52,604 nt of DNA from the IMG/VR virus record IMGVR_UViG_3300030098_002800, positions 1 through 52,604 of that record; one strand, written 5' to 3'. The stretch comes from a virus (lineage: Duplodnaviria > Caudoviricetes). The notes under the pieces are model-generated. The model was not told where the DNA came from. It made no database searches and was given only the letters and a program-made list of their open reading frames with translations. Below are positions 29,873-39,918 of this stretch, piece after piece (the stretch's first letter is position 1; the number at the start of each line of letters is the position of its first letter). The position numbers and the translations under genes are program-made.

Positions 29873-31483
29873 TTATGTCCAGATAGCATGAGTTTCAGGA
29901 CAACACCACTCCATGCCAGCTTCGGTTAATATTTGATCCACTCTACGATCGACCCCAGAGTTCTCTAATGTCTGAACTCCTATGTAGACTGCTGTATCCC
30001 TATTGATACCATTTCCAACCAATGGTCGGTATGCACAGTACTTCATGTTAATACCCAACATCTTAACAGTTGTTCCATCAAGGTGAACATTTCTTGCAAC
30101 ATTCATATCACCAAATGGAGTGCTAATAGTTGAGATATCAATACCAAATACCTTTTTCTTCCCTGTCATAGCTACATCCGCTCTTCCAAGAGAGTTTGTT
30201 GCTGTACCTATACCACTGTGACCTAAACCTCCAGTGTTACCTTGAACCATACTTACGTTATTAGCAAAGTATCCAGATAGTTTGTGCAACCAATTGTAAA
30301 CTGCTGTACTGCAGAAGAATACAGTTGATGCTGCATTATTATATCTTGGATCTAGTAATGCTGACATATCATCTAGGAAAGCATCTTGAGATTTAGTTGC
30401 TAGAGATAGTGAGAAAGTATTACCATATGTAGAAATGAAGTCTACAGCACCTTGAGTAGTTTTACTTACTGTAGATTGCTGAGTTCCAAATAACATAGCA
30501 TTCTCAATATCCCACTTGTGTTCGATTAGCTTTTCTTTCCAGATTCTAGCCCACTCATTACCTTCATACTTAAGAACAGTTGCTCTATCAGTATTATTCA
30601 TCACTGCTGATGTTTTGAAGATTTGAGTTTGACCATAACCTGTAGAGTAAGGCTGATCTTGCCAAGTTTCAGGATAACCAGTTCCAGCATCAAATGCAGT
30701 ACCTACTACATAAGTCTTGAATGGTTCTAGGTCTTCCTGAGAAGCAGATTTAGTTGTATTAGAAGCTGCAACGCCTAATCCAGCAGCACCATCTTCAACT
30801 GCAGCATTACTAGCACTAACAGCACTCATAAAACTAATATTAGCACCAGCTTTTACGCAAGTAGCATTTACAATAGCTTTATTGATTGTTGCACTGTTGG
30901 CTGTAGTAGCTTCACCATAGGTATCTAGATCTACACTATTTATCTTCCATAGAGTGTAACCAGTCAATTCAGAAACTGTGTTGTTATCAGTACTTGCAGC
31001 ACCGTGAGGTATCTTGATAACTTGACCAGGAATGAAGAATAAAGGCTGTGTGCCTTTTACACCTTCAAAATAGTCTACTGTTTGACCATAGATGTTTTGT
31101 TTGTTACCATTGTTATGGTAGTCTGTAAAGAAACTAAAAGTGTATGCAGTTCCTACGGTTGGTGACAAGTCATTGCCTGTACCTGATACAGTAGTAGCAG
31201 GCGAAGAACCTGCACTAGCATCAAAGTCTGCTAGGTATGCATATCTTTTAGTGTATGAAGATCTCTTCTCTGTGAATTTAAAAGAAGGATCATCGGTTGG
31301 TTTTTTAGAAACCATGCTTACAAATCTAAAGAAAGGGTCTTGAGCAAGAGCTAATTCTGATACATAATCCCCAAAGTTATACTTTCGTCTTAACGCACCA
31401 GTATTTAACTGCGTACTGCTTTCACCTCTTTCAATAGACCCAGAAGTATAATTACTTCCTGTAACGCTGTTTATTAACGACAT
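29873..31483 (-). CDS. Major capsid protein
   Basis: 536 aa after the scaffold. TQIFKT, EHKWDIENAMLFG and ILTEAGME motifs of SU10/DUF5309-like HK97-fold MCPs. Confidence 0.85.
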   Translation of the reverse strand: MSLINSVTGSNYTSGSIERGESSTQLNTGALRRKYNFGDYVSELALAQDPFFRFVSMVSKKPTDDPSFKFTEKRSSYTKRYAYLADFDASAGSSPATTVSGTGNDLSPTVGTAYTFSFFTDYHNNGNKQNIYGQTVDYFEGVKGTQPLFFIPGQVIKIPHGAASTDNNTVSELTGYTLWKINSVDLDTYGEATTANSATINKAIVNATCVKAGANISFMSAVSASNAAVEDGAAGLGVAASNTTKSASQEDLEPFKTYVVGTAFDAGTGYPETWQDQPYSTGYGQTQIFKTSAVMNNTDRATVLKYEGNEWARIWKEKLIEHKWDIENAMLFGTQQSTVSKTTQGAVDFISTYGNTFSLSLATKSQDAFLDDMSALLDPRYNNAASTVFFCSTAVYNWLHKLSGYFANNVSMVQGNTGGLGHSGIGTATNSLGRADVAMTGKKKVFGIDISTISTPFGDMNVARNVHLDGTTVKMLGINMKYCAYRPLVGNGINRDTAVYIGVQTLENSGVDRRVDQILTEAGMEWCCPETHAIWT

Positions 31484-31519
31484 TAGTCTATCTCCTTTTG
31501 ATTAAGTTTGGATAGACTA
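31484..31519 (-). promoter_or_regulatory. Hairpin overlapping the major capsid RBS
   Basis: TAGTCTATC...GATAGACTA is a perfect 9-bp inverted repeat; its 3' arm runs from the end of AGGAG to the ATG. Confidence 0.55.
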
Positions 31520-31527
31520 TATAAACT

Positions 31528-32445
31528 CTACCCAAACATGTTGTCTACGCCATCATCAAGAGAAAGGAGTCCGTCAAATAAATCTCTATCTGGACTACCA
31601 CTTCCATCATCTTGATTATTGGCACCACTTGCGGAGGTAGGCATGTTTCTCACATTCTTCATTTGGCTTAGCATGTCTTGCTTAGTTGATTGAGCTACAT
31701 TCTGTGCAGCTTTATCTTTGTTTAAAATATAATAAACATCTTCCATTTTAAGCTTTCTTTGCTTAGCTTCATTGACAAAGTTATTAAAATCTTCGTCACT
31801 CAAATTATGTTTTTCTTTAAAAGCCTGTTCTTCAGCTTTCCTAGCATTAGCTATTTGATTTTGCTGAGCACGTTTCTTTTCAGCTCCCATAATTTGACTA
31901 ACTCTCTGTTGAACAATACTATCAACATGAGCAGACATAACTTTAGCACTATCAGAATCAGGGTTGCTCATTGCTTCTTGCTGATCAAAAACAAAATCCT
32001 CTGGAAGATTCAATTGTTCTTGAATAGTCTTAGAAGGAGTCCCCCCATTGACTAGATAATCTCGAACATGATTAACTAACCCACTATCCTTTTTCATTGC
32101 ATTCAAAACAGGTACGAATGGTTTTAAATCATTCATCTGTTCCTTCAGCTTTACAGCCTCACGACTACTATCTTCATATCGTTTTTTCCAGTCTGTGCTG
32201 TCTTCCGACTGTGCGTTAACACTTTGAGAGCCTTGATTTTCTGTGTTGTGGGTTACCTGTTCGGAGCCACTAAAATTATCAAGGGTTGCCTCTGTGCTTG
32301 GTTCATCAATAATTGCACCATTTACTTGTGCATCAAGCTCATTAAAGAAATCCTTAGAGCCAGAAGATGATTTAGCTTCAGCTTGTTCAAAGCTTTCAGT
32401 AGCCATTCCAATTTCTGGGTTACCTTGGTTTTTTTCTTTTGACAT
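31528..32445 (-). CDS. Capsid scaffolding protein
   Basis: Acidic and helical, DWKKRYEDSSREA motif, between portal and MCP. Confidence 0.75.
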   Translation of the reverse strand: MSKEKNQGNPEIGMATESFEQAEAKSSSGSKDFFNELDAQVNGAIIDEPSTEATLDNFSGSEQVTHNTENQGSQSVNAQSEDSTDWKKRYEDSSREAVKLKEQMNDLKPFVPVLNAMKKDSGLVNHVRDYLVNGGTPSKTIQEQLNLPEDFVFDQQEAMSNPDSDSAKVMSAHVDSIVQQRVSQIMGAEKKRAQQNQIANARKAEEQAFKEKHNLSDEDFNNFVNEAKQRKLKMEDVYYILNKDKAAQNVAQSTKQDMLSQMKNVRNMPTSASGANNQDDGSGSPDRDLFDGLLSLDDGVDNMFG

Positions 32446-32473
32446 ATATTACTCCTTTTTTCCTAGCTATAGT

Positions 32474-34777
32474 TTATGATTGTTTTGGGGTCTTTTCCAA
32501 ATTATTTTTTAATCTATCAATAAGATTGCCTGCTGTCTGTTTTTGAAGTTCTACATTATTAGCCATTTGGTTTCTTGTTTTTTCTTCTTGAACCTCAGTT
32601 TTTCCACTTTCAGATTCCAAATTAGACTTTACTTCTTCCTTCTTTTTATTTATTTCTACAGTAGCCTGCATAACCTTACTCTTAATACCAGCTTGTACAA
32701 GTTGTCTTTCTAAGGTCTCTATAGTACCTTCCTTATCTTTTAAGGCTTCTTGCATTTGATTGACTTGAGAGCTTAGTCTGGAATATAAAGATTTTCTTTT
32801 TGCTATGTTCTCTTTATTTTTTATATCAGTTTCAGATAGCAATGCTATATCATCAATAACTCCTAATTGCATTAACTGTTTTAACTCTTCTAAGTAAGCC
32901 CATCTATTAACTGGTAATGTTGATCCTGAAACTATTCTTATGTCAAACTTTGCAGTAGCTATATCCATTGACTTTCCTATAGCTTCTCCAAAATCATTAT
33001 ACATAGGAATATTTATCTCTGTTTCTCTTTGTTCTTGAATAGCACTTGGTTGTACGATTCTAAATCTTTTATAAGCAGTGTATGTAGCTTGTGAAAACTG
33101 CAATACTGCTGTGCCTAACTGTTTTAATGCAGGTTCAATAGAGTTGCTCATCCATTGCTTTATTCTTCTTGTTCCGTACTCATCCAATGCTAACATACCT
33201 CTATAAGTTTCTGAAGCACCTCTAGCATCGCCCATCATAGAACTGTAGATACCTGCTAAATATTCCATGTCCGATTTACCTTGTTGAACGATATTAAAAA
33301 ACGCACTTGATAGAGGAGCAGGCATAACTGGGGTAGGTCTTTCAACTCCAGGCCTTATAGGTAATAACGCTCCAGGTGAAGACGAATACTTTTCCCAAAG
33401 GTCTGCATCAATAGATCCTTCTTCATACATCCATCTAAGACTGGATCCAAGTGATGCATTGTGTACCATTATTTGGTGTGCTTTATTTATCTCTTGCTGT
33501 TTACCAATAAGAGGAGATACTGCACTTATAGGGAATGGAGTTCCTGTCCATTTAAAATGAAATGGTATTATAGGATACTCTGTAACTCCATATGGTAAGA
33601 CATTTTCATATAAAAGTTTATCACCTGCTACACATGTTTGTTTTATCCTATCTCCATAAAATTGAACTTGATCAATAATATTTTTAGAAACCATAGGATC
33701 TTTTAGCAACATTTTAAATTCTTTTTCTGTTACTATTTTATTTTCAACTTTAGATGCTTCAGCCTGCAATTTACTCATGCATTCCTGTCTAAAGCTTTCA
33801 ATTTGTTGTTGCATCATTTTTTGAGCTTTTTCCATTTCAAGCTTAAATCTTTCAGGAAGCATTTTGCCAGCTTGAACAGCTTGCATCATTGATGTTTCTT
33901 GCTCTTTCAATTTAACCATAAGCTCAGCAGTAATTTCTTTAACTCTTACATTACACTGTTCTTGCAGTCTTTTTATAGTGGCTTTATCGGGTGGTATTCT
34001 ATAAAAAACATTCACATAAGAAATTTTTACTTTTTCGTACATTTCAAAAAACTCTATAAGATTATCTGTTTCACCTTCTGCTGTAACTGCAAAACTACTT
34101 TGATCTGTATCATCGTTAAACATAAATAGCTTTTGATCCAAATCACCAGTAGATCTTTTACTTCTATTGTTTTGAACTTGTTCATCGCTAGAGGCTTGTG
34201 CTATTTTTCTTGTAGATTCTGGATACAATTTCATCAAGTGTTCTTTTGGTAATACTTTTCTTATAAGAACAAAAGCTGCATCTCTAAATAACATATCTCT
34301 TGACTTAGGATCTACAAATACATCAAATGGCTCAGGTTGTTGTAAGACAACTTCACCCATACCATTGTCAGCATTTTTGTCTACACTTACCAGCAAATAA
34401 CCCAGTCCTTTAGTAACTGAATCATTTATAGCATTTGAATATAGAGTTGAGCCTTCAGAGTAATCCCATATATAATCAGCCAAGTCTGAATATACAGCAG
34501 CAACATCTGAGTCTGAACCTTCTACTCCTACAGCCTGCCATCTAGGATTGTTGGCGGTAGCATAAAAATTTAACATTTCTACTACAGGAAGTATCCTGTT
34601 AATAGTAAATGTAGGCATACCTTGATCCTCAAGTAAGTCCTTCTCATCTTTACCTAGTTGTTCATCATGAGCGAACTCATATCCTTTTTGATTTATAAAC
34701 TCCCATTGCTTTCTAGTCCAGCTATTAGAAAGATTGTATAGTTGTCTTATTTTTCCAGGTATGTCTTTTTTAGCCAT
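32474..34777 (-). CDS. Portal protein (P22-like)
   Basis: 767 aa. FTINRILP, VFVDP, YPIIPF and QQEINK motifs with a C-terminal coiled coil. Confidence 0.9.
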   Translation of the reverse strand: MAKKDIPGKIRQLYNLSNSWTRKQWEFINQKGYEFAHDEQLGKDEKDLLEDQGMPTFTINRILPVVEMLNFYATANNPRWQAVGVEGSDSDVAAVYSDLADYIWDYSEGSTLYSNAINDSVTKGLGYLLVSVDKNADNGMGEVVLQQPEPFDVFVDPKSRDMLFRDAAFVLIRKVLPKEHLMKLYPESTRKIAQASSDEQVQNNRSKRSTGDLDQKLFMFNDDTDQSSFAVTAEGETDNLIEFFEMYEKVKISYVNVFYRIPPDKATIKRLQEQCNVRVKEITAELMVKLKEQETSMMQAVQAGKMLPERFKLEMEKAQKMMQQQIESFRQECMSKLQAEASKVENKIVTEKEFKMLLKDPMVSKNIIDQVQFYGDRIKQTCVAGDKLLYENVLPYGVTEYPIIPFHFKWTGTPFPISAVSPLIGKQQEINKAHQIMVHNASLGSSLRWMYEEGSIDADLWEKYSSSPGALLPIRPGVERPTPVMPAPLSSAFFNIVQQGKSDMEYLAGIYSSMMGDARGASETYRGMLALDEYGTRRIKQWMSNSIEPALKQLGTAVLQFSQATYTAYKRFRIVQPSAIQEQRETEINIPMYNDFGEAIGKSMDIATAKFDIRIVSGSTLPVNRWAYLEELKQLMQLGVIDDIALLSETDIKNKENIAKRKSLYSRLSSQVNQMQEALKDKEGTIETLERQLVQAGIKSKVMQATVEINKKKEEVKSNLESESGKTEVQEEKTRNQMANNVELQKQTAGNLIDRLKNNLEKTPKQS

Positions 34778-35172
34778 TATTCTCCTCTTAATTCAAAATG
34801 TGGGAAATCATCAAATTGATTATCATCCACTTCAAAGTTCATGTTCCAGTCTCCTCCCCATCGAAGGTCAATGCTCATCCCTTTTGCTATCCCAATAACA
34901 AACCCTGCAAAAAGGTGGAAACGCTCACGATCATCCCAGTCAATAGGATAAGGGGCCACATCAACAGCCCTACTAGGATCAGCGTTATGACGACCATTTG
35001 GGTATTTAACTTTTGTTTTTCCTTCTTCAAAAAGTTTATCCTGTCTTTCAGCACTTCTATGTCCCTCCAAAATACTGCAATCTACGTGTTTAATTACTTC
35101 ATTAAATACTTTCTGTAATCTTTCATCGCAAGTTGATAGCCTTAATTTAGAGCTTTTTCCAAACTTAGGCAT
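34777..35172 (-). CDS. Endolysin, peptidase M15 family
   Basis: EGHRS..RQ..L, H...AVD, WGGDW and DFPHFEL motifs. Confidence 0.9.
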   Translation of the reverse strand: MPKFGKSSKLRLSTCDERLQKVFNEVIKHVDCSILEGHRSAERQDKLFEEGKTKVKYPNGRHNADPSRAVDVAPYPIDWDDRERFHLFAGFVIGIAKGMSIDLRWGGDWNMNFEVDDNQFDDFPHFELRGE

Positions 35173-35174
35173 AA

Positions 35175-35687
35175 CTATTTACCAAAAGTAGGTGAGTATC
35201 CTTTCCCCTCAACTCTATGTGAAAGAAGATCTGCAACTGTAAATCCAGGATTTCCACCAGCCTTCTTACTAGCATCCATATGGAATTGTATAGCCAAAGC
35301 CATAAGATAATCTTCTTTTTCCTTGGTTTGCTGTGGACCTCCAGCATTTCTGCTAGCTGTTATAGCAAATAATTCTTTTATATCTTCTAAAGCTGCAGGA
35401 GGGTATTTTCCTGTTATTCTATCTTGATCTGTATACACATCCCTAGCCTGACTATAATCCATAGGGCTTAACTCTGATAAGTTTTGAAACATAGCATCTG
35501 TTAAAAACTCTGCTGCTTTTTGCCAAGACCCTTCTGGGGTATCTAACATACCTAGACTATCTGCTGCTGCTGAGTAACCTTTAAACTCTTGAGCTGAAAA
35601 AGTCCCTCTTTCATCCATATTCTGCATTGTTCTAAAGACATCTTTATTTACCTCATCTAACTGATGCCATTTTCTTTTCATTGTCAT
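35175..35687 (-). CDS. Hypothetical protein
   Basis: 170 aa, AAGGAG RBS. Confidence 0.65.
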   Translation of the reverse strand: MTMKRKWHQLDEVNKDVFRTMQNMDERGTFSAQEFKGYSAAADSLGMLDTPEGSWQKAAEFLTDAMFQNLSELSPMDYSQARDVYTDQDRITGKYPPAALEDIKELFAITASRNAGGPQQTKEKEDYLMALAIQFHMDASKKAGGNPGFTVADLLSHRVEGKGYSPTFGK

Positions 35688-35697
35688 TTTTTTCTCC

Positions 35698-37251
35698 TTA
35701 TGCTGTTATCCAGCTCCTTGGTTTCTTTTTCTTTTTATACCACCCATCACGACTCTCTGCCATATTTTGAGGAGGATGTGCATACTTACATGCATAAGCC
35801 AATGCATCTATAGTATCATCATGTGCCATCCTTGGGCCGAATGTAATTATCTCTCTATGCAAATCATATTGAGTTTTTTTTATATGTATCTGCCCTACAG
35901 CAAATCGTTGTGCTAGAATTTCTTGTATCCTGTCTCTTTTACTCATTCTATTGCCAGGCTTTTCTTCTTTAAATGCTATATTAAACTGATTCCTTCTTCT
36001 CATTTCAGCTCTTATAGCTTGGAATACTGGCTTAGACATAGATGTATCTTCTATAGTAAATAGAGAAGGTTTATAAAAATTAGCCTGGTCAAACATATAA
36101 TCCACTATTCCTTTTTGTCCAGTGCCAGGAACACCTAGAACTGGAAGCGTTCTATTACGAACATAATCTAAAACATAAATATTATTATCTGGAGTAACAG
36201 CAACTACCATAAGTACACTATAGTCAGAGTTTCTCCTTGCACTATCCGTAGCTGGATCTACGCCTATAAAGACATTGCATGGCTTTGGATCGTCTCCTTC
36301 AGGAACAATAAACGACAACCCTGTCTCATCATCTTTTGTAAAAGTGCCATCCCAATATTTTATATGGTCTCTACTAAATATAGAATCTTCCTCACTTTGA
36401 ACTTCCATCATATACTCTTGATAGAACTTGTGGGGAGTCCCACTATCTGCATAGAATTTCTTTTTACGCTCCATCTCTTTATGACCAAACCAACTATCCC
36501 ATAAAGGAGAACCGTCTTCTTGTAATGCTTTATATGTTATCACTTTCCATGAATAATCTACGCCTTCTTTAAGTGCTTGTTCGTGTCCCACTAAAATCTT
36601 TTGTATAAAGCTATCATAATGAACTGGGGTGCCATTAATTCTTAATCTTCCCGTCTTCGGTTCGAGTGCAGGAAAGACGACAGCAGTAACGAGGTTGGAA
36701 ATTTTTGACCTTGATTCTGGTGTGACCGTGTTATTCTCATCTTCAAAATCATCAAGAACAATAAGATCGTAACGCTTATGTAGCTTGGCACCACCACGAA
36801 TACCTGATAAATTACTCTTACTAATGAGCTTGCAACCATTTTTAAGTTCGATATCATCTTCTGTCCATTTCCTTCCTTTTAAATCTCCAAAATAATATTT
36901 TATCCTATCATTGTATTCTATATGATATTTAATGTAGTCAAGATTGGGAACAGATATCTTGCTACTTGCTGCAACCCAGCCATAAAAAAGGGGCTCCTCA
37001 GTAAAGCAAAAATTGTGCATAATATTGCATTTAGTAAGTACTGTCTTTCCATGTCCCCTAGGTAATATAACTGCTAATTGCCTTTTATCTAGATCCATTA
37101 ATGCATCTGCTACCTGATAATGAAAGAATGGAGTCTCTGATCTCATAAAATCATCAGGAAGAAACAACTTACCAAATGCTATAAGATCTTTAGAGGCTAA
37201 TAATAATTCTTCTTCAGCCTGACTTACATTATGTGTATTAATGTTTGCCAC
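35698..37251 (-). CDS. terL: Terminase large subunit
   Basis: Walker A PRGHGKT, Walker B IVLDDFE, GTP coupling motif, nuclease GVDPA and HDDTIDA. Confidence 0.95.
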   Translation of the reverse strand: MANINTHNVSQAEEELLLASKDLIAFGKLFLPDDFMRSETPFFHYQVADALMDLDKRQLAVILPRGHGKTVLTKCNIMHNFCFTEEPLFYGWVAASSKISVPNLDYIKYHIEYNDRIKYYFGDLKGRKWTEDDIELKNGCKLISKSNLSGIRGGAKLHKRYDLIVLDDFEDENNTVTPESRSKISNLVTAVVFPALEPKTGRLRINGTPVHYDSFIQKILVGHEQALKEGVDYSWKVITYKALQEDGSPLWDSWFGHKEMERKKKFYADSGTPHKFYQEYMMEVQSEEDSIFSRDHIKYWDGTFTKDDETGLSFIVPEGDDPKPCNVFIGVDPATDSARRNSDYSVLMVVAVTPDNNIYVLDYVRNRTLPVLGVPGTGQKGIVDYMFDQANFYKPSLFTIEDTSMSKPVFQAIRAEMRRRNQFNIAFKEEKPGNRMSKRDRIQEILAQRFAVGQIHIKKTQYDLHREIITFGPRMAHDDTIDALAYACKYAHPPQNMAESRDGWYKKKKKPRSWITA

Positions 37252-37745
37252 TAATACCCTGTGCCTGATGTGTCCTTTGGTGCCGCTGGTTTAGGATTTG
37301 GAGAATTACCCATTTCTTTCATAAGCAAAGAATCAACATCTGTATTAAATAATAAATTAAATGCTTTTTCTTCATTCTCTTCTCTTCCTAGCCCTAGAGA
37401 TTTGCTCACATTACTTGGAAGGATTCCTAAAATAGGCCCACTCCAATCCATAACTTTATTTGCAATTCTTTGGCTATCTGTATTTAAGATATATCTTCTT
37501 GCTGCCCCCATAATCAAAGGACCTAAATTGGCATTCTTATCATAATCTTCTTTATCAAGGTACCCTATTCTAAATAAAATATCTTGAGCTTTTCTGACAT
37601 TTTCTCTTGTCTTATTATAACCTAGAACGCTATTCATAATATTATAAGCTTCTGGGTGATAAGGAACTTCACCACTACCTTTTGGCACGCCTTTGGAATA
37701 ATAAACCTCACCACTCCAGTTTTTTCTATTATAGCTGCTGGACAT
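37251..37745 (-). CDS. Hypothetical protein with possible peptidoglycan-binding-like motif
   Basis: VRKAQDILFRIGYL...LGP...AARRY resembles PG_binding_1. Confidence 0.45.
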   Translation of the reverse strand: MSSSYNRKNWSGEVYYSKGVPKGSGEVPYHPEAYNIMNSVLGYNKTRENVRKAQDILFRIGYLDKEDYDKNANLGPLIMGAARRYILNTDSQRIANKVMDWSGPILGILPSNVSKSLGLGREENEEKAFNLLFNTDVDSLLMKEMGNSPNPKPAAPKDTSGTGY

Positions 37746-38473
37746 TATTTTATCTCCTTGGGCCTTTCAGCCTCTTTCAATTTATCTTTACTAAAACCCT
37801 GAAACACAGCTCCTGTTAGCTGGGTAACTTGTGTCTTGTTCTTATCTTCCATATCAAGTATATCAGATAACTTAAATAAAGCTTTTAACCTGGTATCAGC
37901 TTTGTCAGCTGAAGTGGCTTCATACTTTATTCCTTCCAGAACAAACTTAGGGTCTATATCCAATTCTTCCATTACAGGCTTTAATTCTTCTTTCATAGCT
38001 GTTTTTATCCTTGTAGTTTTGACCAACTGTCCCGCACGTACTGCAGCATAGTTCGGATCATTTGTAGGGAACGCTTTAAGATAGGCTTCCCTAGGAGGCA
38101 TCCCTGCTGCCAAATGTACTGCAAAAAGTTCTTCACGACTTGATAGGCTTTGTCTATCTTCAATTCTTTGATTCCTTTCAATATGACCTCCTAATGAGTA
38201 TATGTTTATTCGTTTAGATGTATCCATCTTTGTTTTATCGGATACTATAAAAGTCCCAGTGCAAGTTCCTATATAGTCAAACTTACGGACCTTTCCCTTA
38301 CTTTTAGTCATACTACCTCTCCTGAGTACTTGAATAACGCAACCATCGTCACTCAACACCCAATCATTTATATGACCATCCCTCCAATCCCGTTTGTAAT
38401 TTAAATCTTTAGGTACCTCACTTTCACTTTCATATACAACGTGATTGATTTTATTTATTATATAATGTCTCAT
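37745..38473 (-). CDS. Terminase small subunit (with N-terminal extension)
   Basis: LSSREELFA...AYLKAF HTH and DTRLKAL..L pattern, upstream of TerL. Confidence 0.65.
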   Translation of the reverse strand: MRHYIINKINHVVYESESEVPKDLNYKRDWRDGHINDWVLSDDGCVIQVLRRGSMTKSKGKVRKFDYIGTCTGTFIVSDKTKMDTSKRINIYSLGGHIERNQRIEDRQSLSSREELFAVHLAAGMPPREAYLKAFPTNDPNYAAVRAGQLVKTTRIKTAMKEELKPVMEELDIDPKFVLEGIKYEATSADKADTRLKALFKLSDILDMEDKNKTQVTQLTGAVFQGFSKDKLKEAERPKEIK

Positions 38474-38507
38474 AGACTCCTAATCCCTGCCAAGGGATTT
38501 GGGTTAT

Positions 38508-38693
38508 TTAGGCAAGACCAAGTATATCACTCTCAATATATTGGCTTAACTCTTCAGGTACAGATATATACATATCTCCAATTTCAAATACACAATCATT
38601 ACCTTCAATATACTCTTTAATAAATTCAACCTCTTCAGTGTCAGAATCATATCGTATACGTAATACATATTCTTTTATCATCTTATCCTCCAC
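38508..38693 (-). CDS. Small acidic hypothetical protein
   Basis: 61 aa, first ORF of the late operon. Confidence 0.6.
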   Translation of the reverse strand: MEDKMIKEYVLRIRYDSDTEEVEFIKEYIEGNDCVFEIGDMYISVPEELSQYIESDILGLA

Positions 38694-38699
38694 TTTTAG

Positions 38700-38925
38700 G
38701 TGTACTTATCCCCTGAGAACCAAGGTTCTTTTTAAATTTCTTTAACCTTAAATTTCACTTAAAGCCAGTTATTTCTCCCATACTCTTAGCTTATATTAAG
38801 GCAATTTTTGTTAGCTGTTGGGGACAATCCTTAAACCTCTATATGAGGTGGCAACCCAACGTCTGACCCTTTAAGCAGAACTATTGCAAGTGTACTTATA
38901 GGGTGATAATTCAAAGAACTGCTAA
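38700..38925 (-). ncRNA. Structured 5' leader / ncRNA of the late operon
   Basis: ORF-free. Closing stem TTATCACCCT/AGGGGATAA; internal GCAAT/ATTGC, GTTGGG/CCCAAC, ACCTC/GAGGT and TCTG/CAGA pairings. Confidence 0.5.
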
Positions 38926-38931
38926 CTTCGT

Positions 38932-38960
38932 AATTTAAAATAGTTTTATCGATATTACAA
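38932..38960 (-). promoter_or_regulatory. Sigma70-like promoter for the virion operon
   Basis: TTGTAA-N17-TAAATT on the minus strand. Confidence 0.55.
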
Positions 38961-39109
38961 GAGGTTTCAAAAATTATAGCATTTTGGTATGTGGCCTTAT
39001 ATATAGTGGTACCCCACTACCGTGGGATTATTGCTATCGCTATTACGTTATTTTTGATTTAGTTTTGTTTGATTTATTTTTATGGTTTAAATAAAATAGG
39101 AGACTAAAG

Positions 39110-39481
39110 ATGAGCCTGAAAATGCCAAGACAATGGAGCAAGAGAGTACGTGTAGAGAACGAAGCAACAGAATTAAAGCAAGACAAGAAAGATCCTATCG
39201 CTATGGCTACTACAGCAGCAGTCATTAGAGCTATTAATGAAAAGGATACAGAGTTCTTAGCTGATCTACAAGTAGTAGGTAAGATGTTCAATGTATCAAA
39301 CCCAACACCAGCAGGGCAAACAGCTATGGGTAGAGTAACAAGAACTACACTTACTGATGCTAGTGGTGCTGAGCATGTCATTGATGACGATCCAGCATTG
39401 GTTAGTAGTTATACTCAAAGTGGTATGACAATAACTAAAACTGAATCTTGTGTACTGTATGACGATGGTACTGTAAGATAA
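39110..39481 (+). CDS. First early gene, hypothetical
   Basis: 123 aa, AGGAG RBS. Confidence 0.75.
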   Translation: MSLKMPRQWSKRVRVENEATELKQDKKDPIAMATTAAVIRAINEKDTEFLADLQVVGKMFNVSNPTPAGQTAMGRVTRTTLTDASGAEHVIDDDPALVSSYTQSGMTITKTESCVLYDDGTVR

Positions 39482-39496
39482 TTGTTGTGTTTGTGG

Positions 39497-39526
39497 TATT
39501 AGGGGAGATTAATTTCTCCCTTAATA
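39497..39526 (+). terminator. Hairpin after first early gene
   Basis: TATTAGGGGAGA...TCTCCCTTAATA inverted repeat. Confidence 0.6.
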
Positions 39527-39660
39527 TTGTTAAGTAATGTATTAGTTCTCTTTTAAATATCCTAACGGGCTTGTGTGTATGTAATAATATATATACCAAC
39601 ATATACCAAACATAACCTATATTTTTTTTATAATTACAATCTTAACCAAAGGAGATTTAC

Positions 39661-39918
39661 ATGGAATCTAAATGGATTACAATAGCTGATAAGCTTATTA
39701 ATACTGAGAATCTTAACAGTTGTGAGGTATGGAAAAGTCCTTCCGATATTTGGTATCTTATTCTTGAATTTGGTGATAAATACCAAAAACAGATTAAGAT
39801 TACTAAAGGCGAAGATGCTGCTTATGATATATTAAAGACACTAAAAGTATATCTTAACTCTTTTACAATAGCAAGACCTTTGCAAATAGAAGAGAGTGAG
39901 TTAGCTCATAATGATTAA
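39661..39918 (+). CDS. Early hypothetical protein
   Basis: 85 aa, AAGGAG RBS. Confidence 0.75.
   Translation: MESKWITIADKLINTENLNSCEVWKSPSDIWYLILEFGDKYQKQIKITKGEDAAYDILKTLKVYLNSFTIARPLQIEESELAHND

Noticed and set aside
36642-36857. Nested minus-strand ORFs inside TerL and at 35165-35347
   Set aside because: Alternative frames within well-supported genes.
1925-38051. Plus-strand ORFs in the track opposite the virion operon (e.g. 1925-2143, 3194-3418, 23549-24046, 34798-35118, 37261-37545)
   Set aside because: They are antisense shadows of long, coupled minus-strand genes, with atypical composition and no convincing RBS.
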